From Oscillospiraceae bacterium (GTDB lineage: Bacteria > Bacillota > Clostridia > Oscillospirales > CAG-272), in the NCBI GenBank assembly GCA_015065205.1, contig SVQS01000001.1, positions 1-52,632 of the forward strand: DNA of 52,632 bases. Direction: 5' to 3'. Position numbers and translations under genes: made by a program. The notes under the pieces are model-generated. The model was not told where the DNA came from. It did not search any database and saw only the letters and a program-made list of their open reading frames with translations. Within the stretch, counting starts at the first letter, position 1. Every line of letters begins with the position of its first letter. Shown here in pieces: positions 6,705-14,287 of the stretch.

Positions 6705-7280
6705 TTAATCTTGACCGAGTCTTATTCTCTCACCCGCCCATGCTTTGCGGACTGCCGTATGATGCCACAGGTTGATAAAGGGGAAAATGGGAATTGCTAC
6801 AAGGAAGATCCATTGCGGTGGATTTCGCATTAAAAAAGATCCCACATCTTGCCATAAAGTAAAAGGAAGAATGAACTGCCCCAATATAAAGATCCATGCA
6901 GGTGGATTTTTAATGAAAAACATAATCATATTTACAACAACAAACACGGCACATTCGATACAAAACTCTTTTGTTCTTATCACCTTTTTAAGATCTTCTT
7001 TGCGATTATACTTTTCTGCTCCAAGACCATTCAAAAACTCTTTGCGAGCAATAGTATTCTTTGCGTGCGGAATACAAATTATTAGAGTGCTGATAATGGG
7101 AAGGCAAATACGTATAAAAGCATTAACAGCATAGATTCCGGTATCTGTGTCACCGAAGATAGCATTGAAAATTGTTACCACTATCGCAATGGAAAATAGA
7201 TATAAAATGATTATACTACCAATTAAAATGGCTATGTTAACAGCAAAAAGTTTTGCAGCTTTTATAATTGCGTTTTTCAT
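6705..7280 (-). CDS. Polytopic membrane protein of unknown function
   Basis: Several hydrophobic helices and an internal repeat: FFIKNPPAWIFILGQFILPF / FLMRNPPQWIFLVAIPIFPF. An AAGGGAGAA RBS precedes the ATG at 7280. Confidence 0.65.
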   Translation of the reverse strand: MKNAIIKAAKLFAVNIAILIGSIIILYLFSIAIVVTIFNAIFGDTDTGIYAVNAFIRICLPIISTLIICIPHAKNTIARKEFLNGLGAEKYNRKEDLKKVIRTKEFCIECAVFVVVNMIMFFIKNPPAWIFILGQFILPFTLWQDVGSFLMRNPPQWIFLVAIPIFPFINLWHHTAVRKAWAGERIRLGQD

Positions 7281-7298
7281 AAATCATTCTCCCTTGGT

Positions 7299-8087
7299 TT
7301 ATTTGAGATGAGCGTGAAGCTCATGCTTGAGGCTTCTCTTTAGAACTTTGAGTTTGCAGACGGTCACATTTCCCGAGGTACATTCTCCTATTACGCTTTG
7401 CATCACTCTGTCGCCAATAAAGAATGCATTTGCGTAAGACGGAGAGATGACAAGATAGTGGCATTCTGTTTCACTTTTGGGAAACTCGGGAATGCTGTAT
7501 ATCGTATATTTTTGGGGATTCATTTCGCGATTATTGGGACGAATAAAGCCGCCAAAGCCGCGCAGCTTTCCGGAATCCGATCTATGCATACGATACTCAC
7601 GGTCGTTGACCAACAAAAATATTCTCAAAAACGGGAATGGGATATCGATAAAGTGAATGTGTAGTGTTTTATTTTTTGTTTGAATTTCAATATCCGACTT
7701 TTCACTTATGCCCCCTAGGGATGCAAGCGGTACACGATGCAATCGGAAGGAATACTTTTTTCTAAGGCAAGTGAACCATATTGATAAATATGCCAACGGC
7801 TTGCTAATGAAAAAGCAGAGCATAGGCAGAATTTGATTAACAAAGATAACCAATAACACAAATCCGCCCATGACAGCCGCAACGGCAAGAAAAGGTAAGT
7901 GAGCTCCTGCTTCAATACGGATACGAATATATTTTTTCCAACCGTCTATGTAGTTATCCCACCCCCCATACATAATAGAAACGTAGCGAGAAAAAATAAC
8001 CACTGCCACCAAAGCAATTATCAAACTAATTGTGGATATTATTATAATTTTTCCTTTTGTTTTATTGGAAAGCTTTTTCCTTTTCAT
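7299..8087 (-). CDS. Membrane-anchored protein of unknown function (262 aa)
   Basis: Basic N-terminus, then 2-3 hydrophobic helices, then a C-terminal soluble region of about 140 aa with no motif I recognise. The start overlaps the merR stop (ATGA). Confidence 0.65.
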   Translation of the reverse strand: MKRKKLSNKTKGKIIIISTISLIIALVAVVIFSRYVSIMYGGWDNYIDGWKKYIRIRIEAGAHLPFLAVAAVMGGFVLLVIFVNQILPMLCFFISKPLAYLSIWFTCLRKKYSFRLHRVPLASLGGISEKSDIEIQTKNKTLHIHFIDIPFPFLRIFLLVNDREYRMHRSDSGKLRGFGGFIRPNNREMNPQKYTIYSIPEFPKSETECHYLVISPSYANAFFIGDRVMQSVIGECTSGNVTVCKLKVLKRSLKHELHAHLK

Positions 8088-9184
8088 ACAGAGTCGTCCT
8101 TTCTTTCAAAAACGTACCAATACGGTTCATAACCGCCAAAGGCATAGTCGCCCGACTTGTGTTGCACGAGGAGATACTCCTTTCCATCAAAGTTTTTGAT
8201 GATGTATTCCTCTGCTGTCATTTGGGTTCTATTGATAACGAGTCCCTTGGTATAGTTGATGCCCCATCTGGCTTTTGGTGCGTTTGCCTCGGAACGGGCG
8301 TATTTGAGACAGATTCCACGCGGCAAAAACTGCAAATCGGTGATGGCAAGCAATTTTTTAGGAGTATGCTGTCTGGCAGGATCAAAATCCTCTGCGCGAC
8401 GAACAAAATCCACAACGCTCCACGTTCCGCTTACCGCAGGATCCTCTACAAAAGGATAATCGACCTTATCAATATACGGGCGTATCTGATCCTCGCTGTA
8501 AACGATGGTATCTACCTGACGGTACAGGACGGGAACCGTTTTATTGTTATGCGCGCAAAAATAGATGATCATATAATGCTCGCCATCTTGGCGGACGGTA
8601 CGGTATGGATTTGCAACGGTAGAGCTGTGCTTGCCGGACGAGGTATAAAGGATCCCCTTTGTCCAAAAATACGACCATACGGGCGCCCCGCCGGGCATAA
8701 AGATGATCTCTTCAAATATTCCTTCTTCCGGTGGGAGCATTACTGCCGAGGTGAAATCCTTTTCATCACGCAGCATACCGCACTGCTTCCACTTTCCCAC
8801 AACCTCGGGGTCATTGGTAAACGGCAGATTGAGAATCCCGGAGAGCGCTTTTTGATCTTCCTCTCCTACAACCATTCCATTGATGGTTTGCACTTGACCG
8901 CGGATTTGTTCAACAGAGGAAAGAAGAGTTCCCTTTTTCTTTTTGAGCATTTCCTTTTCTTCTTCCTCAGTGGCAGCTAACAATTTTTTGATTTCCTGCA
9001 AAGAAAAACCAAGTTCTTTGTAAAATACGAGTTTTTTGTATTTTTCTACAGCTTTAAGTGAGTAAAAGCGATATCCGCTTGCCTCATCGACAAAGTCCGC
9101 TTTCAGAACCCCCTCATCATCGTAATAGCGCAACGTTCTTGCACTGACGTTACAAATTTTTGCAAAGTCACCTATTTTTAGCAT
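8084..9184 (-). CDS. MerR-family transcriptional regulator with a large duplicated C-terminal domain
   Basis: MLKIGDFAKICNVSARTLRYYDDEGVL is a canonical MerR HTH. A GGAGGTGG RBS precedes ATG 9184. The C-terminal half shows two related subdomains (VVGKWKQCGML... and VSGTWSVVDFV...). Confidence 0.88.
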   Translation of the reverse strand: MLKIGDFAKICNVSARTLRYYDDEGVLKADFVDEASGYRFYSLKAVEKYKKLVFYKELGFSLQEIKKLLAATEEEEKEMLKKKKGTLLSSVEQIRGQVQTINGMVVGEEDQKALSGILNLPFTNDPEVVGKWKQCGMLRDEKDFTSAVMLPPEEGIFEEIIFMPGGAPVWSYFWTKGILYTSSGKHSSTVANPYRTVRQDGEHYMIIYFCAHNNKTVPVLYRQVDTIVYSEDQIRPYIDKVDYPFVEDPAVSGTWSVVDFVRRAEDFDPARQHTPKKLLAITDLQFLPRGICLKYARSEANAPKARWGINYTKGLVINRTQMTAEEYIIKNFDGKEYLLVQHKSGDYAFGGYEPYWYVFERKDDSV

Positions 9185-9206
9185 TGCACCACCTCCTTTT
9201 TCCACC

Positions 9207-9237
9207 ATTATAACATTACAGTTAACTGTAAAGTCAA
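9207..9237 (-). promoter_or_regulatory. MerR-type promoter: TTGACT, 19-nt spacer carrying a 16-bp perfect palindrome, TATAAT
   Basis: The minus strand reads cTTGACTttacagttaactgtaatgtTATAATgg. The palindrome ttacagttaactgtaa occupies 9216-9231 inside the over-long spacer. Confidence 0.75.
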
Positions 9238-9413
9238 GACCTTTTTAGAAAAAAATTATTTTTTCTTTGCACTTTTTTGACACTTATTCAATAACACTTG
9301 ATTGCCGTTATTTCTCTTATAACACTATTATACAATCATTTGAGTACTTTGTCAATACTTTTTGTAAAAAAAATATAAAAATTTTTGCAAGTGTAAACAA
9401 TTTTGCATTTATC

Positions 9414-9442
9414 TTGACATTGGCACGCAAATATTCTATAAT
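9414..9442 (+). promoter_or_regulatory. Sigma70-type promoter of the flavodoxin-like gene
   Basis: TTGACA (9414-9419), a 17-nt spacer, then TATAAT (9437-9442). Confidence 0.7.
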
Positions 9443-9470
9443 AATGATAGTACAAAAAACGGAGATTTTT

Positions 9471-9992
9471 ATGAGAATTTTAATTGCCTATGCTTCCAAA
9501 AACGGCAGTACGGCTTCTTGTGTTGCACGTTTGGCAAAGCAACTGAACGGTTTGGATGTTACACTTGCAAATCTTGCACAGAGTCAGCCCAACGCCGCCG
9601 AATTTGATATGATAATTGTGGGTGCGGCTGTGCATCATCATCGCTTCCCTGCCCCTGTCAAACGCTTTTTGCACGAGCAAAAGGATGTGCTCCTAACCAA
9701 AAAGCTGGGGCTTTTCCTTTTGTGCGGCTTTGCCGAGGAGCAGATGTATTATATAGAAAAGCTCTTCCCTGCCGAGTTGCGAGAGGGGGCGTTTGAGATT
9801 GCCTTTTTTGGCGGCAGCTTACGCTATGACGGCCTCGGATTTTGGGATAAGCTATTCGTTTGGCATTTGCGCTCGCTTATTGTAGAGGCTGATATGAGTG
9901 AGGGCGAGTACATCGCCTCGATGCCCGGGCTGATGCCGGAGAACGTTGACAGAATGGCATCTCTTGCACGGAAAGAGCTTTTTCGGGATTGA
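9471..9992 (+). CDS. Flavodoxin-domain protein (HemG/flavodoxin-like)
   Basis: MRILIAYASKNGSTASCVARLA is a typical flavodoxin N-terminal FMN loop. GGAG lies 6 nt upstream of ATG 9471. The longer ORF from 9267 runs through the promoter and is discounted. Confidence 0.8.
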   Translation: MRILIAYASKNGSTASCVARLAKQLNGLDVTLANLAQSQPNAAEFDMIIVGAAVHHHRFPAPVKRFLHEQKDVLLTKKLGLFLLCGFAEEQMYYIEKLFPAELREGAFEIAFFGGSLRYDGLGFWDKLFVWHLRSLIVEADMSEGEYIASMPGLMPENVDRMASLARKELFRD

Positions 9993-10047
9993 AAAAACAA
10001 AAAAATAATATTTCACCCAAAATGCGGTAAAATATTATAAAAAAGTG

Positions 10048-10076
10048 TTGACAAACAAAATAAAGTGTGCTATAAT
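10048..10076 (+). promoter_or_regulatory. Consensus sigma70 promoter of tRNA-Lys
   Basis: TTGACA (10048-10053), a 17-nt spacer, then TGcTATAAT (TATAAT at 10071-10076). Confidence 0.8.
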
Positions 10077-10095
10077 ATTTGGGTGAGCGAAAAAT

Positions 10096-10171
10096 GACCC
10101 ATTAGCTCAGATGGCAGAGCACATGACTTTTAATCATGGTGTCCGGAGTTCGACTCTCCGATGGGTCACCA
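10096..10171 (+). tRNA. tRNA-Lys (anticodon UUU), CCA encoded
   Basis: Hand-folded cloverleaf of 76 nt. Acceptor gacccat/atgggtc, anticodon arm catga-cTTTTaa-tcatg, T arm cggag-ttcgact-ctccg, discriminator A, then CCA. Confidence 0.95.
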
Positions 10172-10174
10172 AAA

Positions 10175-10209
10175 AGAGCAGGTACTACAAAGCAGTGCCT
10201 GCTCTTTTT
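10175..10209 (+). terminator. Rho-independent terminator of tRNA-Lys
   Basis: Arms agagcaggtac / gtgcctgctct (one G.U), followed by ttttt. Confidence 0.8.
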
Positions 10210-10309
10210 GCTAACTCTACGAGTCAAACTCCTACAAATTTTCGCGTGCGAAAATTTGTTAAAACCTGCGCTACCGTGTTTTCCCATTTTTACTGAATCA
10301 GCGCGCAGG

Positions 10310-10361
10310 TTTGAGTTCTGACTCTCCGATGCTGTTAAAACATTTGAGTTCTGACTCTCCG
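10310..10361 (+). repeat. Two direct 19-nt repeats (33-nt period) derived from the tRNA-Lys T-arm and 3' acceptor segment
   Basis: tttgagttctgactctccg occurs at 10310-10328 and at 10343-10361. The segment gagttc[t]gactctccg(g)atg matches tRNA positions gagttcgactctccgatg (10146-10163) apart from a 1-nt insertion. Confidence 0.85.
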
Positions 10362-10463
10362 GTGATGCCCCCTCTCCGTTACCCGTCGCATAGCGACGTT
10401 TACCACCTCTCCTCAAGGAGAGGCTTTCGGTTAGAACATCTCGCTTCGCTTGAATAATAATGT

Positions 10464-10496
10464 AAAAACGACAGAGATATTTTCTCTGTCGTTTTT
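10464..10496. terminator. Bidirectional hairpin terminator (ends the GT2 operon)
   Basis: aaaaacgacagaga / tctctgtcgttttt, with A- and T-runs on the two sides. Confidence 0.8.
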
Positions 10497-10505
10497 GCTA
10501 TCACA

Positions 10506-11219
10506 TTATACCGGTGTTTTACGGATTCTTCTCTTCATTTTGACGAGATCTTTCAGCATTTTGAGCGTATCGCGGATGATCCGAACCTTGGATTCTCCAT
10601 GGTTGATTACACGCACGGGGATCTCTTTGATCTTCATCTTCATCTTTACTGCCCACAAAATGGCCTCGAAGTCGAAGGCAAAGCCGTTGACCTCGCAGCG
10701 CGAGAAGATCTTTTCCGCCGCATCTGCACGGAATGCCTTGCATCCGCATTGCGAATCGGAAAGCTTGAAGCCGCCTGCGATGCAGAGCACCTTGATATAG
10801 ACTTTGGACATAATTTTACGCAGGAATGTGTAGCCCTCATATCCCGATTTATCAAGGTTGCGCGAGCCGATAACCATATCGGCATCGGGGTTAGCTTCAA
10901 AAGCATCGGCTACCTGCTTGATAACGCCTGTGCCATAAGCAAGGTCGGCATCGGTGAACATTCTCACATCTCCTGTTGCCGCCAAAATAGCGGTGCGGAC
11001 AGCGCATCCCTTGCCTTGGTTCTTTTCGTAGCCGATAACGCGAACGTTGGGCAGGTTGAGCGCTTCAACGGTCTTATCGCAACCGTCGGTGCTGCCATCA
11101 CTGCAAAAAACGATCTCATAATCCTCAAAATTGGCGGACATATATTGGGAAAGCGTTTTTGCACTCTCTGCAATCACGCGATTTTCATTATACATAGGAA
11201 CACAAACCGAAATCTTCAT
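10506..11219 (-). CDS. Family 2 glycosyltransferase (dolichyl/polyprenyl-phosphate glycosyltransferase-like)
   Basis: MKISVCVPMYNE..., FCSDGSTDG, NQGKGCAVR and FTDADL are the GT2 DxD-type signature. Confidence 0.85.
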   Translation of the reverse strand: MKISVCVPMYNENRVIAESAKTLSQYMSANFEDYEIVFCSDGSTDGCDKTVEALNLPNVRVIGYEKNQGKGCAVRTAILAATGDVRMFTDADLAYGTGVIKQVADAFEANPDADMVIGSRNLDKSGYEGYTFLRKIMSKVYIKVLCIAGGFKLSDSQCGCKAFRADAAEKIFSRCEVNGFAFDFEAILWAVKMKMKIKEIPVRVINHGESKVRIIRDTLKMLKDLVKMKRRIRKTPV

Positions 11220-11222
11220 AAG

Positions 11223-12053
11223 TTAATCTCCTTTTTGGTAAGTAAAAATATCAAAGTCAAGTTCTGTTTGTAGGGTGTCAATATTCCGCAGTTTTATACG
11301 GTCTGCCTCGGACGTGCGCCAATAATATGGCGTCATTGAAAACAGTGCCCCGATGGTCTCTCTACCCTCGACAGTAACGGTATGGATCAAGCGACGGCGG
11401 TCCACTTCCTTCATTTCTGTTGGCAAATCGGCTCTGCCGGGATTGAGATAGGGATTCTCGTAAAGCACTTGCTTTAGCCCCATCAAATGTCGCTCGCCCG
11501 CACCAACGAGAATGAGGTATCCGCCCTTTTTGAGCACGCGCAAAAATTCGCTCTCGCAACAAGGTGCAAAAAGATTGGTAACGACATCACAGGAGGCATC
11601 CCTCACAGGTAGCGAGAAAATACTGCCCACCGCAAATGCGGCACCTGTGACATTCTGTTTTGCCTGTTTTGCGGCAGAATCGATGCCTGCGCGCGAAAGG
11701 TCTACGCCCAAGACGGCACAATTCCCTGCCATCCGATTGGTATAATAGCCCTCACCGCATCCCGCATCGAGCACGGTTTCGGCTTTTAAATTTTGCAAAA
11801 TAGCGTTCAGTTCGTTTGAAAGCGGCTCGTAATATCCCGCATTCAAAAAAAGCTTGCGCGCATTGACTGCCTCTTTCAAATCCCCTTCTCCATCCCCCGG
11901 ACGGGTAAGATTGAGATATCCGCTACGGGCAAAATCGTAAGAGTGTATTCGCGTACCTGTGCATCGGCAAGACTTTCCCTCTTCGTCCGCTTGCATTGAG
12001 GCGGCACACACAGGACAGCGCAACATTGCAAGAACAGTATCGTTCACTGTCAT
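11223..12053 (-). CDS. SAM-dependent methyltransferase with N-terminal zinc finger, RlmA (rRNA guanine-N1)-like
   Basis: LRCPVCAASM...CRC zinc ribbon, then VLDAGCGEGYY (SAM motif I). The overall layout resembles RlmA/RrmA. Confidence 0.7.
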   Translation of the reverse strand: MTVNDTVLAMLRCPVCAASMQADEEGKSCRCTGTRIHSYDFARSGYLNLTRPGDGEGDLKEAVNARKLFLNAGYYEPLSNELNAILQNLKAETVLDAGCGEGYYTNRMAGNCAVLGVDLSRAGIDSAAKQAKQNVTGAAFAVGSIFSLPVRDASCDVVTNLFAPCCESEFLRVLKKGGYLILVGAGERHLMGLKQVLYENPYLNPGRADLPTEMKEVDRRRLIHTVTVEGRETIGALFSMTPYYWRTSEADRIKLRNIDTLQTELDFDIFTYQKGD

Positions 12054-13570
12054 TCCTCCAATTGTTCTATTGTTTCGCGCGTTTCCTGCGCGGAATCAAG
12101 AATGTCAAGTTCAAACCAGAAAGTAGAACCTACCCCCACTTGACTCTGTACACCGTAGGCGGCATTATGGAGCTCCAGCACGCCCTTAACGATGGAAAGA
12201 CCAAGACCTGTTCCGATCATAGCGCGGCGGTGAACCTTATCTACCTTGTAGTAACGATCCCAAATTTGTGGGATTTCATCCTCCGCAATGCCCTGTCCCG
12301 TATCGGCGACGCTGATGCGTACGCGATTATTTTGTACCGTTTGTTCAACCGTAACAGAGAGGTCGTCACCGGTATAGTTGATTGCATTATTGATGAGATT
12401 ATAAAGCACCTGCAGAATCATTCCGCGGTCGGCAAAAACCGTGGCACGTTCCTCTGCAGTAAATGTGATATGATAACCTTGATGCGCCGTAAAAGCATCA
12501 TAACGGTTCATTACTTCTTCGACGGCGGCTGTCAGGTCAAATTCTTCAAACATCGCCTTGCGCGATCCGGATTGAATTTTGGAAAGGTCTAAAAGGTCAT
12601 TTACAAGCTCGGAAAGTCGCGTGGTTTCGTCAATGACCACCTGAATATTCTCGGCGGAATTTTCTCCCGGAATATCACGCATAATCTCGCTATATCCTTT
12701 AATCATAGTCAAAGGAGTGCGGAGATCGTGCGAAATGTTGGCAATGAGCTCCTTTTGCAAACGGTCAAGACGTGAAAGCTCGTAGGACGCATAGTTGAGC
12801 GTATCGGCAAGCTCGCGCGTTTCGCGATATCCCTCGCCCGAGAATTCAACGTCGTATTTACCGTATGCCAACTGCTTTGCTGCCTCATTCATTTTTACAA
12901 GCGGCGAGGATATGTGGCGGTAAAGGTAAAAGACCATAACACCTGCGCAAACCAAAAGAATGGAAAGTATCCAAAGGAATTGCGTTTGCAAAATCTCAAC
13001 GGTAGTTGCCAACGGTTGAGGCGCAGCATCGAGCAAAATAAGATAGATGCTGCCACTATTCCCTTGTGCAAGACGCATATGCAACAATCTGGCACCGGGG
13101 GAATCGTTCTGTTGAAAGCGAAAAGTCGGAAACGCTCGACCGGAAATCTCAACCCCGCCAAAGGTAAAATGACCTGTGTAGCTGCCTTCGTTTTCGGCAG
13201 CCTTTTGATAATATTTTGTTAACAGTTGTGTTGGCAGTTTGATGCCGGTTGTTTGCCCGGTTGCATCTATACTGAGCACTTGCACGGGCGCATCTCTATC
13301 CATTCGATAAATCGCAATCGACATAACACCATCCATTGCACAGTCATATGCGTGTACATCAAGTGCCTCATCTTCAATGTAGGCGGCAAGCTCGGATGCA
13401 CTGTGTGTCATTGCACGTCGCTTGATCAATTCATAAAAGTTATTGAGCAAATAGACCTGAAAAACCCACATTACCAAAAGAGCAACGGCAACGAATACGG
13501 CAAAGTAGACAATCAGCTTCCAACGGATACTGACACTGCGTTGTGTTGTTTTTTGATTGTTTTTTTTCAT
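12050..13570 (-). CDS. Sensor histidine kinase (two TM helices, HAMP, HisKA, HATPase)
   Basis: H-box ELIANISHDLRTPLT, N-box LYNLINNAINYT and G-boxes DTGQGI / GTGLGLSIV. The start overlaps the response regulator stop. Confidence 0.9.
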   Translation of the reverse strand: MKKNNQKTTQRSVSIRWKLIVYFAVFVAVALLVMWVFQVYLLNNFYELIKRRAMTHSASELAAYIEDEALDVHAYDCAMDGVMSIAIYRMDRDAPVQVLSIDATGQTTGIKLPTQLLTKYYQKAAENEGSYTGHFTFGGVEISGRAFPTFRFQQNDSPGARLLHMRLAQGNSGSIYLILLDAAPQPLATTVEILQTQFLWILSILLVCAGVMVFYLYRHISSPLVKMNEAAKQLAYGKYDVEFSGEGYRETRELADTLNYASYELSRLDRLQKELIANISHDLRTPLTMIKGYSEIMRDIPGENSAENIQVVIDETTRLSELVNDLLDLSKIQSGSRKAMFEEFDLTAAVEEVMNRYDAFTAHQGYHITFTAEERATVFADRGMILQVLYNLINNAINYTGDDLSVTVEQTVQNNRVRISVADTGQGIAEDEIPQIWDRYYKVDKVHRRAMIGTGLGLSIVKGVLELHNAAYGVQSQVGVGSTFWFELDILDSAQETRETIEQLEE

Positions 13571-14265
13571 ATTTCCTCAAATCGGTATCCCACTCCACGC
13601 AGGGTAACGATATAGTTGCTGTAACGCCCCAAACTCTTGCGAAGCAGTTTAATATGTGTGTCTAAGGTACGTGCATCGCCAAAGAAATCATAACCCCAAA
13701 CCTCGCACAAAAGCTTTTCGCGCGAAAGTGCGATATTGCGGTTGGCAAGCAAGTAGAAGAACAAATCATACTCCTTAGGAGACATATCCACGCGCTCGCC
13801 ATCGATGAAAACGAGACGCGCAGTAACATCGGCACGCAAACCACCCCCATCAAGCTCGATAATAACATTGGGCTTGCTTGGTGCACTCGCCTGTGTGGGA
13901 ACGGTTTTGACACGCTTCATAATTGCCTCAATGCGCAACATCAGCTCCTTGGGGGAGAAGGGCTTGATGACATAGTCATCAATTCCCACCTCAAAGCCGT
14001 TGATGCGGTCATATTCCTCACCTCGTGCAGATAGCATAATAATGGGTGTTTGCGAAATTTTGCGAATCTCGCGGCAAGCCGAAAAGCCATCCAATTCGGG
14101 CATCATAATGTCCATTATAATCAGGTCATATTCATTTTTTCGGCAAAGTAGAACAGCCTCCATACCGTCACCCGCCTCGGTAACGGTGTGTCCGTCAAAC
14201 TCTGCATATTTGCGGATGATAGAACGAATCCGCGATTCGTCGTCCACTACCAAAATATGATACAT
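13567..14265 (-). CDS. OmpR/PhoB-family response regulator
   Basis: The receiver domain has ILVVDDE and DLIIMDIMMPELDG. The winged-helix C-terminus ends in TLRGVGYRF. Confidence 0.92.
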   Translation of the reverse strand: MYHILVVDDESRIRSIIRKYAEFDGHTVTEAGDGMEAVLLCRKNEYDLIIMDIMMPELDGFSACREIRKISQTPIIMLSARGEEYDRINGFEVGIDDYVIKPFSPKELMLRIEAIMKRVKTVPTQASAPSKPNVIIELDGGGLRADVTARLVFIDGERVDMSPKEYDLFFYLLANRNIALSREKLLCEVWGYDFFGDARTLDTHIKLLRKSLGRYSNYIVTLRGVGYRFEEI

Positions 14266-14287
14266 TCGATCTCATCCTTTCAAAAAA

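Noticed and set aside
8057-8980. 307-aa plus-strand ORF
   Set aside because: It is the mirror ORF of the MerR-family gene, and that gene has an unmistakable HTH and RBS on the minus strand.
9267-9470. N-terminal 68-codon extension of the flavodoxin ORF
   Set aside because: The extension covers the AT-rich promoter (TTGACA/TATAAT at 9414-9442). The flavodoxin fold starts at MRILIAYAS, which has its own RBS.
10102-10416. 104-aa minus-strand ORF, and the small plus-strand ORFs at 10111-10321
   Set aside because: They overlap tRNA-Lys, its terminator and the tRNA-fragment repeats, so they are not coding.
10096-10505. Integrated prophage or genomic island at tRNA-Lys (and likewise at tRNA(CAU) at 24181)
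   Set aside because: Only att-like repeat scars are present. There is no integrase, excisionase or cargo between the repeats within this window.
10599-11273. 224-aa plus-strand ORF
   Set aside because: It is antisense to the GT2 glycosyltransferase gene, which carries clear family motifs.
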